The translations under genes and the position numbers were made by a program. Shown in pieces: positions 19,657-29,544 of a stretch of 64,000 bases of DNA; the first letter of the stretch is position 1; each line of letters starts with the position of its first letter. The stretch lies in assembly GCA_965216755.1 (NCBI GenBank), contig CBDCGL010000011.1, positions 1,056,001 to 1,120,000 of the forward strand, given 5' to 3'. Under the pieces are notes generated by a model. The model was not told the origin of the DNA, made no database searches, and saw only the letters and a program-made list of their open reading frames with translations. The stretch comes from Alphaproteobacteria bacterium. GTDB lineage: Bacteria; Pseudomonadota; Alphaproteobacteria; UBA7887.

Positions 19657-19947
19657 CTACTTAAACTCCACTTCAACGAACACGAACTCAAAGTCATTGT
19701 TGTTGATGACATCGTGTTCCACGCCCTGTTCGCGGAAATAGGGTTGTCCGGTGATCAATTCTGCTTGGGTTTCGCTGCCCGCGGAATCGGCCATTGTCAA
19801 TGGGCCGGTGGTCATTGGCGTGACCACATAGTCCATTTCGTGGCGATGCCAGCCGGTCGCCGCGCCGGGCGGAAACCGCCACTCCGTCACCCGCGTCCGC
19901 GCATTGTCGACTTTCACGGTGGGAATTGCCGCCGGTCTGTCTGCCAT
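19657..19947 (-). CDS. Cupin protein (BauB-like)
   Basis: RVTEWRFPPGAATGWHRHEMDYVV...GVEHDVIN. Confidence 0.85.
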   Translation of the reverse strand: MADRPAAIPTVKVDNARTRVTEWRFPPGAATGWHRHEMDYVVTPMTTGPLTMADSAGSETQAELITGQPYFREQGVEHDVINNNDFEFVFVEVEFK

Positions 19948-19961
19948 AATGAGTCTATCCC

Positions 19962-22040
19962 CTAGGCCACTTGGGTCAGCACATATGACCCGCTTTCGTG
20001 TAACTGCGCCTGCCAGTCCGGTTCGATGACGATGGTCGTCGTAACTTCCTCGATCACCGCGGGACCAACGATCTCAACGCCGGCGGCAAGTTTGGCACCG
20101 TCATACACCGGCGCGTCGACGCGTTCGCCCTTGGCCGAAAAGATCATGCCCCGCCGTTCTTTAAGAGCCCCATCGAGCCCGCCGCCGCCCTCGACCCGTG
20201 TTGGTTTCGGCTTGGTCACGCGACCATATATGGTGCTCTCCAGATTTACCATTTCGACAGGATTGTACGGCTCTGAATAGGTAAACAACTGCTCATGCTT
20301 CTTGTGGAAGGCGTCCTTGATCGTCGGCAATGTCTCCGCGTTGATTTCAAAATTGCCGATCTCAACCGTGCACTCATGGACTTGCCCGACATAGCGCATG
20401 TCCAAGCTGCGGTAAATCGCGATGTCGTCGTCTTGAAACCCATCGGCCTTGAGATTTTCAATGCCACGCCCCTCGATCTCCGCGAACAGCCCGTTCACTC
20501 GCCCAAGATCTTCGCTTTCTTCCATGCGCAACGGATGGGTCGACATGTAATTGTATTTGACGTCCGAGATGATTTGCCCGAACGCGCACAGTCCAGACGC
20601 CAGCTTCGGCACCAAAGCCGTTTTGATCCCCATTTCGCGCGCCAGGGCCGTGATATGGGCGGCACCGGCGCCACCGGCCGCCACCAGCACAAAGTCGCGC
20701 GGGTCCATGCCGCGTTCAACCGATACGCGGCGAATGCCGTTGACCATGTTGTTGTTGACGATTGTGAATATCCCATAGGCCGCTTGTTCGACCGGAATGC
20801 CTAGGGGATCGGCGATCTTTGTCTTCAGGGTCTCGACCGCCCGACCATGTTGCACATCCATGCGACCGCCTAGGAGAGACTGCTGGTTGAAATAACCGAG
20901 CACCAAATTGGCATCCGTCACCGTCGGTTGCTCACCACCGCGGCCATAACATGCGGGCCCCGGATCGGCGCCGGCGCTTTGCGGACCGACCTGCAACAGA
21001 CCGAGATCGTCGATCCAGCCGATCGAGCCGCCACCCGCCCCCAAAGTTTCCACCTGAATCATCGGCACGCCAATGCGATAGCGCAAAAAGTCGATGTTCT
21101 TGTTGATATTGGTCAGGCCGTCCTTGGTGAGCGTGATGTCGAAGGACGTACCGCCCATGTCGACCGTGATGACGTCCCGATGACCGAACGGCTCACTGAC
21201 ATACAGGCCAGCTTGCGGCGCCGACGCCGGACCAGAATTGATCGCATATACCGACCGGTCCGTCATTGCTGAGCCAATCGCAAGCCCACCATTTGATTGA
21301 AAATAGCGCACTGGATATTTGGCACCGCGCTCCTGAAAATAGGTATCGATGGAATCGACATAATTCTTCAGAATCGGCCCCAGATAGGCATTGGTAATCG
21401 TCGTTGAGGTGCGCGTATATTCGCGAACTTGCGGATAAATCTCACTGCCCACCGAAAGGAATACATCCGGGAGCATCTCCCGAACGATCTCTGCCGTGCG
21501 CCGTTCATGCGTGTCATTGAGGACCGACCAAACGTAGGAAACGGCGACCGCGTCCACACCTTCGTCTCCGAGAAATGCACACGCGGCGCGTACGTCATCC
21601 TCGTTCAGCGGCGTGCGTATTTCGCCATTCGACAACACTCGCTCGTTAACCGGACGGCGCAAGTAACGCGGCACCAGCATCCGCGCCGGCGGATATTCTG
21701 CGTCGTAGCGGTAACCGTCTTCTTTGTGTCCGAGACGAATCTCGATCGAATCTTCATGGCCGTTCGTACACAACAGCCCGACTTTGGCGCCTTTGTGCTG
21801 GATTAGAGCATTCAAGCCAACGGTCGTCCCGTTGATGCACAAATCGCAGTTAGAAATGATTTGCTCGGGTGATTCACTTACAGCCTCCGCAATCAATGCC
21901 AGCCCTTCGCTGATGGCGCGGGTCGGGTCGTCAGGCGTCGACAACGTCTTGTATAGGCGGACCGTGCCTTGATCGTCGGCCAAGACAAAATCCGTGAACG
22001 TGCCGCCGGCATCGACGCCTAAGCGGTATTTCGTCCGCAT
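19962..22040 (-). CDS. capA: Hydantoinase/oxoprolinase A-family ATPase subunit, caprolactamase CapA-like
   Basis: DAGGTFTD, DMGGTSFD and GAGGGSI; recognised as close to caprolactamase alpha (EIRLGHKEDG, DFLRYRIGVPMIQVETLG). Confidence 0.8.
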   Translation of the reverse strand: MRTKYRLGVDAGGTFTDFVLADDQGTVRLYKTLSTPDDPTRAISEGLALIAEAVSESPEQIISNCDLCINGTTVGLNALIQHKGAKVGLLCTNGHEDSIEIRLGHKEDGYRYDAEYPPARMLVPRYLRRPVNERVLSNGEIRTPLNEDDVRAACAFLGDEGVDAVAVSYVWSVLNDTHERRTAEIVREMLPDVFLSVGSEIYPQVREYTRTSTTITNAYLGPILKNYVDSIDTYFQERGAKYPVRYFQSNGGLAIGSAMTDRSVYAINSGPASAPQAGLYVSEPFGHRDVITVDMGGTSFDITLTKDGLTNINKNIDFLRYRIGVPMIQVETLGAGGGSIGWIDDLGLLQVGPQSAGADPGPACYGRGGEQPTVTDANLVLGYFNQQSLLGGRMDVQHGRAVETLKTKIADPLGIPVEQAAYGIFTIVNNNMVNGIRRVSVERGMDPRDFVLVAAGGAGAAHITALAREMGIKTALVPKLASGLCAFGQIISDVKYNYMSTHPLRMEESEDLGRVNGLFAEIEGRGIENLKADGFQDDDIAIYRSLDMRYVGQVHECTVEIGNFEINAETLPTIKDAFHKKHEQLFTYSEPYNPVEMVNLESTIYGRVTKPKPTRVEGGGGLDGALKERRGMIFSAKGERVDAPVYDGAKLAAGVEIVGPAVIEEVTTTIVIEPDWQAQLHESGSYVLTQVA

Positions 22041-22077
22041 ACCACTATTCCTTTCGCAATATTAATTTTGTCAACAT

Positions 22078-23835
22078 CTATTCGGCGGCTAGTGATGCGG
22101 CGCGGGTCGAATCCGTGGCGGCCTGATCGACCTGCAACGTCTTCGGGTCGACGATAACACCGTAATCCTCTTTGGCGCCTTCAATCGACACCAAACCGTT
22201 CCTGACATCGTCTTGCACCAGGTGCGCCGGACGTTCCAACGGGTTGCCATAGCCGCCACCGCCCGGGTTCATATTGGCAATGCGCTCACCTGGTTTGATG
22301 TTTTCAATGATGTTCTTTCGAACAACTTCGGCTTTGCCACCCCGATGGATTTCGATCCGCCCAACTTTCGAATCGATCATTTTACTGGCGGCGCCGGCGG
22401 CCCCCATCGCTGGAATGCGTCGGCCTTCGCCAAACGAGACAAAAGTCATGTCTCGGTCGAGCGGTTCGACTTCCCAACAGGTCCCCGACCCGCCGCGATA
22501 GCGGCCGGCGCCACCCGAGTCCGTCATTAGGCCGTAGCGATGAATGATGATCGGGTAGGAATATTCCAGCAGTTCAACATCGCCCGACGTAAGAGCACCA
22601 AAGCAGCATTCGGGACCGCATGCGTGCCAGCCATCCTGATGCGGCGTGGCGCCGGCACCGGAGATGATCGACGCCAATACCATGGTCACGTATTCCTCAT
22701 CGTGGCGGGTATCCCAGCCAGCGATGTTGCAGCCATTGGCGTGGCCCCATGACGCGCTGACCCGGTCCGCGGCCGCGGTTTCGAAGGCAAGCCGCACACA
22801 ATCGGCCAACGTTTCCATCGGCGTCGTCGTGCAATTGACGTGCGGTGCCGGCTCCTCCGCATTACACAAGGTACCCTTTGGCCCCATATCCACCGATACG
22901 CACCGATAGAGCCCTTCATTGTACGGCGGCGGCACCTGTGCAAACATCATCACGCCTAGATAAACGCCGGAGTACGAGTTGCCCTCGTAAGAATTGATAA
23001 AATATGGCACCTGTGGCGGGCTATCGATCTTGATATGGCAGTTGTCATCCTTGACCGTCACGGTCGCCGTGATCTCCATGTCACCCAGATTGTGTCCGGC
23101 GTCTTCCAAGACCGCCGTGCCGGTATACGTGCCATCGGGAACACTGGTTATCAGAGCGCGCATTTGGCGATCGGCCATATCCATCAGTTCGGCAATGCAG
23201 GCCTGTACTTCCGCCAAGCCGTATTTGTCCAGCAAGGCGATCAAGTTTCGCTCGCCCACCTGACAGGCGCCGAGTGCGGCGTTCAAATCGCCCTCTTGGT
23301 CGCGCCGCGCCCGCATATTGGTTAGCAGCAAGTTGATGACATCGTTGCGCCGCCGACCCTTTTCCCACAGTTTGACCGGCGGGATGCGCAAGCCCTCGGC
23401 GTAGATCTCCTTGGCATCGGGGTTATACCCGGCGGGCACCGGGCCACCGATATCGGTCACGTGGCCCTTACAGACCGTCCAGAACACCAACTGGCCTTGA
23501 TAGAAGACCGGCTTATACATGCAAACATCGACGATGTGGCTGCCCTGATAGGCAGGATCGTTGTGCAAAATCACATCGCCTTCATGGATGTCGTCGCCAA
23601 AAAATGCCGCCACGCACTTCATTGCCGGAATCAGCGATCCAAGGTGGATTGGGATATCCTGGCCCTGCATGATCATTTCGGGCACGTGGTTGAAAAGCGC
23701 GTTCGAATAGTCGTGGGCCAAGTTGAAAACGCTCGACCGCGCCGTCTTTTCCAACGTGACGGTCATTTCGCGTTGGGTGGTTTCCAAAACCCCACGCACG
23801 ACGGATAGCGTTATCGGATCAACCTTGCGTGCCAT
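22078..23835 (-). CDS. capB: Hydantoinase B/oxoprolinase subunit, caprolactamase CapB-like
   Basis: Starts MARKVDPITL after a GGAGG RBS; NLAHDYSNAL, HNDPAYQGSH and CKGHVTDIGG metal motifs. Confidence 0.8.
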   Translation of the reverse strand: MARKVDPITLSVVRGVLETTQREMTVTLEKTARSSVFNLAHDYSNALFNHVPEMIMQGQDIPIHLGSLIPAMKCVAAFFGDDIHEGDVILHNDPAYQGSHIVDVCMYKPVFYQGQLVFWTVCKGHVTDIGGPVPAGYNPDAKEIYAEGLRIPPVKLWEKGRRRNDVINLLLTNMRARRDQEGDLNAALGACQVGERNLIALLDKYGLAEVQACIAELMDMADRQMRALITSVPDGTYTGTAVLEDAGHNLGDMEITATVTVKDDNCHIKIDSPPQVPYFINSYEGNSYSGVYLGVMMFAQVPPPYNEGLYRCVSVDMGPKGTLCNAEEPAPHVNCTTTPMETLADCVRLAFETAAADRVSASWGHANGCNIAGWDTRHDEEYVTMVLASIISGAGATPHQDGWHACGPECCFGALTSGDVELLEYSYPIIIHRYGLMTDSGGAGRYRGGSGTCWEVEPLDRDMTFVSFGEGRRIPAMGAAGAASKMIDSKVGRIEIHRGGKAEVVRKNIIENIKPGERIANMNPGGGGYGNPLERPAHLVQDDVRNGLVSIEGAKEDYGVIVDPKTLQVDQAATDSTRAASLAAE

Positions 23836-23985
23836 GTCTTTCCTCCTGCCGGCATTCGCCCGTAAGTGCTGAGAATAGCATCTCTCTCTGGTCCATCCCA
23901 CTTCTCTTGCGCGGCCACCTCTGCGGTTGCGCGGCTTGCGCCCATCGGCCATTCTCCCCATCGCTAATACCCGAAGGCGCCGGAC

Positions 23986-24855
23986 ATGATCTACGAACGA
24001 CCCGCGTTCCACCCTGGCGGTGACCGCATCATCGAGATGTATCTCGGTGACGAAATGAGCTTCGATCTTAACTTTTTGGTGCACAGCCTAGCGGCCAGGA
24101 TCCGGGAAGCTGAAATTCGTGGCGTTATCGAGTTGATCCCCGAACTTGCGTCAATGCAGGTGAGCTACGACCCGGATCTTATCAGTTATGACGATTTGGT
24201 CCGGGAGCTGATCAATCTATTCGAAACACTTGGTTCATTGGAAAATCTGGAACTCGATAGCCGTATCTACTACGTGCCGATCCTTTACTTCGATCCCTGG
24301 ACTCATGCTTGTGTCGACGACTATCGCGCCAAGATCGCGGACAAGGAATGGGACGGCGACCTCATGGTGCGCGTCAACGGCCTGTCGGGATTGGAGGCCT
24401 TGAAGCGGGTCCACTCGGCGAGCGAGTATTTTGTCGCCGCGCTTGGATTTTGGCCCGGCCTCTGCTCATTGATGCCCCTGGATCCACGTAGCCGCCTGAC
24501 CGCGCCCAAATACAATCCACCTCGAACTTGGACCCCAAAAGGCACCATCGGACATGGCGGGTCGCTCACTTGCATCTATCCAGATCGTACGCCGGGCGGC
24601 TATCAGATCTTCGCCCGCACGCCCATGCCGATTTGGGACAAGACCCAACGCCTAGAGGCTTTTCGCGATAGCCTGGCTTTGTTCAGTCCGGGCGACCGCG
24701 TTCGCTTTATCCCAATCAATCGCGACGAGTACGAATATGTCGAGGCCAAAATCGCCGACGGATCTTACAAGCACAACGCCGTCGACTTTCAGAGATTTTC
24801 GATCGGCAAATACCATGACTGGCTCAAGGCAATCGACGCGAACGAGCGTCTTTAG
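23986..24855 (+). CDS. Carboxyltransferase-like / allophanate hydrolase subunit 1 (PxpB-like)
   Basis: GFWPGL, PKYNPPRTWTPKG, TPGGYQIFARTP and PGDRVRF. Confidence 0.85.
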   Translation: MIYERPAFHPGGDRIIEMYLGDEMSFDLNFLVHSLAARIREAEIRGVIELIPELASMQVSYDPDLISYDDLVRELINLFETLGSLENLELDSRIYYVPILYFDPWTHACVDDYRAKIADKEWDGDLMVRVNGLSGLEALKRVHSASEYFVAALGFWPGLCSLMPLDPRSRLTAPKYNPPRTWTPKGTIGHGGSLTCIYPDRTPGGYQIFARTPMPIWDKTQRLEAFRDSLALFSPGDRVRFIPINRDEYEYVEAKIADGSYKHNAVDFQRFSIGKYHDWLKAIDANERL

Positions 24856-24872
24856 CGCGGGTTGGATGCAGC

Positions 24873-25841
24873 ATGATTGAAGTTCTGGAGCCGGGTCTAG
24901 AGACCAGCGTGCAAGATTTTCCGGGCCGCCTGGGATATTGGGAGCAAGGATTCCCACCGTCCGGGCCCATGGATATGTGGTCGTTTCGCTTGGCCAATCT
25001 GCTGGCCGGGAATGCATCGGGAGCGGCCGGCTTGGAGTGCCAGTTTCTGGGCCCCAAGCTTCGATTTCATGATGCGACGGTCGTGGCCATCACCGGCGCC
25101 GACATGACCGCCTTACTCGACGGCGCTTCGGCGCCCATGTGGCAGAGCTTCGAGATAGCAGCCGGGCAGACCCTGAGCTTCGGACCGGCGCGTTTGGGCG
25201 CCCGTACCTATATCGCAGTTGCCGGTGGAATCGAAACGCCCAAGGTTTTGGGATCGCGCGCGACGTTTCATTTGGCCGGCATCGGCGGATTGGGCGACGG
25301 CGCGCTCAAGGCCGGCGACCAAGTTCCGACCGGCAATGGCACGGACCAACCGGGGCGGCGCGTCGCCGAGGATCGTCGACCTCCGCTGACCGGCTCCCGA
25401 ACTTGGGAAATCGAAGTTGTCGCCGGCCCCAACGACGATTGGATCGACAACGCCGGTCAAGAAAGATTTCTGTCCAGCGATTGGAAACTACAGGCCAAGA
25501 GCAATCGCACCGGCTTTCGTCTCGATGGTCCCGAGTGGACGTTCACAAATTTGGCAACGGACAAGCGGCCCGAACATGGGCAGGATCCGTCAAATATCCT
25601 GGACCATGGCTATCCGGTCGGCGCAATCAACCTGTGCGGACAGACACCCATCATCCTCGTCCATGATGGTCCGTCGACCGGTGGGTTTATCAATCCGTAT
25701 ACCGTCCCAACCGGGGCGTTTTGGAAACTTGCCCATTCCCTGCCCGGCGACACGTATCGATTCCGCCAGGTTAGCGTCTCCGATGCGCAAGCCGCGCGGC
25801 GGCGCATTGACCAGATCTGCGCGCCCGACAGCTTGTCATGA
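24873..25841 (+). CDS. Allophanate hydrolase subunit 2 (PxpC-like)
   Basis: PGLETSVQDFPGR, GFPPSGPMD, GARTYIAVAGG and SNRTGFRL. Confidence 0.88.
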   Translation: MIEVLEPGLETSVQDFPGRLGYWEQGFPPSGPMDMWSFRLANLLAGNASGAAGLECQFLGPKLRFHDATVVAITGADMTALLDGASAPMWQSFEIAAGQTLSFGPARLGARTYIAVAGGIETPKVLGSRATFHLAGIGGLGDGALKAGDQVPTGNGTDQPGRRVAEDRRPPLTGSRTWEIEVVAGPNDDWIDNAGQERFLSSDWKLQAKSNRTGFRLDGPEWTFTNLATDKRPEHGQDPSNILDHGYPVGAINLCGQTPIILVHDGPSTGGFINPYTVPTGAFWKLAHSLPGDTYRFRQVSVSDAQAARRRIDQICAPDSLS

Positions 25842-27511
25842 ACGATGCGGCACATGACCCAGTGACGCTCGATATTGTCGGCGGCAAGTTGCTTGCGACT
25901 GTCGACGAGATGGGCGTTGTGCTGGCCCGTACCAGCATGAGCCCGGTGATATACGAGGTTCTCGATTTCGCCTGCGGGCTGTGCGACATCGATGGCAACC
26001 TCATTGCGCAGTCCAATGGCCTGACCCTGTTCACCGGTACGTTCGCGGGACAAGTTCGCTTCATCAAGTCGAAGTTTGCGGGCCGCATGCGCCCCGGCGA
26101 TGTGTTCATCACCAACGACCCGTATCACGGCGGCACACATTGTTGCGATATGGCGGTCATCAAACCGCTGTTCTTGGCGGACACTGCCATTGGGTTCGCG
26201 ATCAGTGTGGCCCATTGGTTGGATGTCGGCGGTGCTATCGCCGGCAGCTTGCCGCCCAACGCCACTGAAGTGTTTCAAGAAGGCCTGCGCCTGCCTGGAC
26301 TGCGGCTGTGCCGAGACGATCAATTGATCGACGACATGCGCGATCTCATCGTCGCCAACGTGCGACTGCCACATCTGGCGCTCGGCGATTTGAACGCCGA
26401 ACTGGCCGCGGTGAATATCGCGGATCGGCGGGTTCACGAAATATGCGCCCGATATGGTCGCGACGTTATTGGTGCCACGTTCGAACGAATCCTGTGCGCA
26501 AGCGAGGCTGAAAGTCGCGCGGCAATCGCCGCGCTCCCGGATGGCACGTACCATGCAACTGATTTCGTCGACGGTGACGGCGTCTCCGACGATCAGATCG
26601 CGGTCCAGGTCGCCGTTACCGTCGAAGGCGATGAGATCACCTTTGACTATACCGGTTGTGCGGCCGCGCGCCCGGGCCCGATCAATTGTTCGCGGGGCGC
26701 ACTCGAATCGGCGGTTAAGACCGTCTTCAAGGCCTTGGTTGGGCCGCAAGCCCCCTCCAACGAAGGATGGTTCCAACCTTTGTCGATCAAAATACCCGAA
26801 GGAACGATCTTCAGTGCGACGACGCCGTCGCCTATCGGCTGGTATTATGAGGGATCTGCGCAAGCTTCGGAACTCGCCTGGAAAGCGTTGGCGCCCGTGG
26901 CGCCGGATCGGTTTAGCGCCGGCAGCTATATGAGCCTGTGCGCCACTTACTTCTGCGGTCCGGATGCGACAGGCGATCTCTATGTCCATATCGAGCCGCA
27001 GCATGGCGGATGGGGCGCATGTCCGGAGCGCGATGGCGCCAGTGGCCTGATCGCGGTCACCGATGGCGATACCTATAACTTGTCTGTCGAACTGCTAGAG
27101 GCTAAATATCCTCTGCGCATCCGCCGCTATACATTGAATACCGAAGACGACGTCGGCGCCGGCCGCCATCGTGGCGGTTTCGGCTTGGTCCGCGAGTATG
27201 AAGTTCTAGGTGCTGACGCGTTTCTTTATGCGAGTCTTGGCCGATCGGTCACGCGGCCATGGGGCATCGACGGCGGAACCGAAGGCGGCACCAACTATAT
27301 CGAAGTGATTCGTAACGGCACAACGACTCGTCTCGCGCGCGTGCCTCATTTCGCGCTCAGTCGCGGCGACCGCGTCCGCATCGTCACCGGTGGTGGTGGC
27401 GGTTGGGGCGACCCGATGACGCGGCCCTTAGCAGCGGTGCAAACGGACCTCGAGGACCAGTACCTCTCGTCCAACCACGCCCGGGACGTTTATGGTTTTG
27501 GCGCCCGATGA
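25838..27511 (+). CDS. Hydantoinase B/oxoprolinase family protein
   Basis: DPVTLD, SPVIYEVLDF, NDPYHGGTH, AHWLDVGG and GGGGWGDP. Confidence 0.92.
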   Translation: MNDAAHDPVTLDIVGGKLLATVDEMGVVLARTSMSPVIYEVLDFACGLCDIDGNLIAQSNGLTLFTGTFAGQVRFIKSKFAGRMRPGDVFITNDPYHGGTHCCDMAVIKPLFLADTAIGFAISVAHWLDVGGAIAGSLPPNATEVFQEGLRLPGLRLCRDDQLIDDMRDLIVANVRLPHLALGDLNAELAAVNIADRRVHEICARYGRDVIGATFERILCASEAESRAAIAALPDGTYHATDFVDGDGVSDDQIAVQVAVTVEGDEITFDYTGCAAARPGPINCSRGALESAVKTVFKALVGPQAPSNEGWFQPLSIKIPEGTIFSATTPSPIGWYYEGSAQASELAWKALAPVAPDRFSAGSYMSLCATYFCGPDATGDLYVHIEPQHGGWGACPERDGASGLIAVTDGDTYNLSVELLEAKYPLRIRRYTLNTEDDVGAGRHRGGFGLVREYEVLGADAFLYASLGRSVTRPWGIDGGTEGGTNYIEVIRNGTTTRLARVPHFALSRGDRVRIVTGGGGGWGDPMTRPLAAVQTDLEDQYLSSNHARDVYGFGAR

Positions 27512-29544
27512 CACGATTGGCGACCGATGTTGGGGGTACTTTCACCGACTTGGTCCTGTACGATGACTCGACCGGCGCGATTCAGACCGCGAAGTCTTTA
27601 ACCACGCCCAAGGATCAGGCCCAAGGCGTTGTCAACGCGATCCGCGAAAGCGGACTGGATCCAACGCGAGTCGATTATTTCATTCACGGCGGCACAACGG
27701 TTATCAACGCGATCACCGAACGCAAAGGCGTGACGACGGCACTGGTAACCACCGCCGGCTTTCGCGACGTTCTGGAGATCGGTCGGGGCAATCGCCCGGA
27801 CCTTTATAATCTCCAGTTCCGGTCACCGACGCCGCTGGTCCCGCGCCGCCGCCGCTTCGAAATTGCGGAGCGGATCGGCGCCGATGGTTCGGTCATAGAA
27901 CCTTTTACACCGGATAAGCTGGCACCGATCATCGACGCCTGCCGCGCCGCCCAAGTTCGGGCCATAGCCATTTGTTTCTTGCACAGCTACTTAAATCCCG
28001 AGCACGAAACCCAATGCGCGACGGCCCTGGCCGATGCGTTGCCCGATGCCGCGATCTCGGTCTCTTCGGAGATTACACGCGAATGGCGCGAGTTCGAACG
28101 CACAAACACGGCGGTCCTAAATGCCTATGTGCAGCCCATCATCGCCCGCTATTTTGAGCATTTGGAAGCAGCCCTGCGCCAGGTCGGCCTGAATTGCCCG
28201 CTTCATGCCATGCAATCAAATGGTGGGACAACAGCGTTCTCATGGGCGAAATCTCATCCTGTGACCCTGGTCGAATCGGGTCCCGCTGGTGGCGTGAATG
28301 GTGCGGCGCTGGTCGGCCAAGCATGCGGCATCGATGATGTGATCTCGTTCGATGTCGGCGGCACAACCGCTAAATGTTCACTAATTATTGGCGGGATACC
28401 AACGGTAAACACGGAGTACCAGCTTGAACGCTCGCGCCTTAGTCCGGGATATCCGGTTAAAGCGCCGGTGGTCGACATCGTCGAGGTCGGCGCTGGTGGC
28501 GGCTCCATCGCACATATGGACAACCATGGCCGGTTGCGGGTCGGACCGGAAAGCGCAGGAGCTGAACCGGGCCCCGCCTGTTATGGCCGGGGCGGCCACC
28601 AAGCGACCGTGACAGACGCCAAGCTCATTGCCGGTGTCCTCAACGCGGAATCCTTCTCAAGCGGCCAATTGGCGTTGAATCTCGAGGCCGCGCGCGATGC
28701 GTTTTCTCCGATAGCCGACGCTTTGAAGACCGATCTGCGCGGCGCCGCGACAGCCGTGATCCGGATCGCTGAGGCCAATATGATCAATGCGCTAAGGCTG
28801 ATCTCGGTGCAACGCGGCCACGACCCTCGCGACTTCGCGCTACTCGCGTCGGGTGGTGGTGGCGCCATGCATGCCGCGACATTGGGGCGAGATCTTGGCG
28901 TTCGCGAAGTCATCGTGCCGCGCTATCCAGGGTTGTTTTCAGCGTGGGGAATGCTTGCGACGGCACCACGCTATGATTTGGCGCGTACGGTCCCAATGGC
29001 GGCGGCGGACACGGACACGCGCCAGATCACCGCCATTTTTGGCGACATGAAAGCGACAGCGGCGCGCTACTTCGATACATCTTGCGATGCGCTGTCCTAC
29101 GCAGCGCGGATCGAGATGCGCTATCATGGTCAGGAGCACACAGTCGCCGCGGCGGTCGACGTCGACCGTGTAGCCATGCCCGATCTGTTGGAACGATTTC
29201 ACGCCGCCCACGAACGGGCCTACACATTTCGTCTACCCGAGGCGCGGGTCGAATTGATCCATTTCCACCTGGTTGCCGAACGCCCCGCGCCGCGCCCCGA
29301 CTTGGCCCCACTTGATGGCGCCGGCCGCGCGCTTGACGCCGCCCGCCGCCCGTCTCGCGCCGTCGCCTTTGGCGATGCGGGCGTGCATGAGTCGATGATC
29401 TACGATCGCGACCTGCTGCCACCCGACATAACGCTCAACGGCCCGTTGGTGATCGAGGAAGCCACGGCAACGACCGTGGTCTTGCCCGGCCAAAGGCTTT
29501 GGGTGGACCCGCTCGGTCTTCTGCGGATTCGGGAGCAAACCTAA
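27508..29544 (+). CDS. Hydantoinase A/oxoprolinase family protein
   Basis: ATGA overlap with the upstream gene; DVGGTFTD, ESGPAGG, DVGGTT and GAGGGSIA. Confidence 0.92.
   Translation: MTRLATDVGGTFTDLVLYDDSTGAIQTAKSLTTPKDQAQGVVNAIRESGLDPTRVDYFIHGGTTVINAITERKGVTTALVTTAGFRDVLEIGRGNRPDLYNLQFRSPTPLVPRRRRFEIAERIGADGSVIEPFTPDKLAPIIDACRAAQVRAIAICFLHSYLNPEHETQCATALADALPDAAISVSSEITREWREFERTNTAVLNAYVQPIIARYFEHLEAALRQVGLNCPLHAMQSNGGTTAFSWAKSHPVTLVESGPAGGVNGAALVGQACGIDDVISFDVGGTTAKCSLIIGGIPTVNTEYQLERSRLSPGYPVKAPVVDIVEVGAGGGSIAHMDNHGRLRVGPESAGAEPGPACYGRGGHQATVTDAKLIAGVLNAESFSSGQLALNLEAARDAFSPIADALKTDLRGAATAVIRIAEANMINALRLISVQRGHDPRDFALLASGGGGAMHAATLGRDLGVREVIVPRYPGLFSAWGMLATAPRYDLARTVPMAAADTDTRQITAIFGDMKATAARYFDTSCDALSYAARIEMRYHGQEHTVAAAVDVDRVAMPDLLERFHAAHERAYTFRLPEARVELIHFHLVAERPAPRPDLAPLDGAGRALDAARRPSRAVAFGDAGVHESMIYDRDLLPPDITLNGPLVIEEATATTVVLPGQRLWVDPLGLLRIREQT

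Noticed and set aside
23836-24084. N-terminal extension of the 668-aa ORF call for capB
   Set aside because: Overlaps the divergent pxpB-like gene; family similarity and an RBS support ATG 23835.
25610-27004. 464-aa antisense ORF
   Set aside because: Lies opposite a well-supported hydantoinase B gene and has no motifs.
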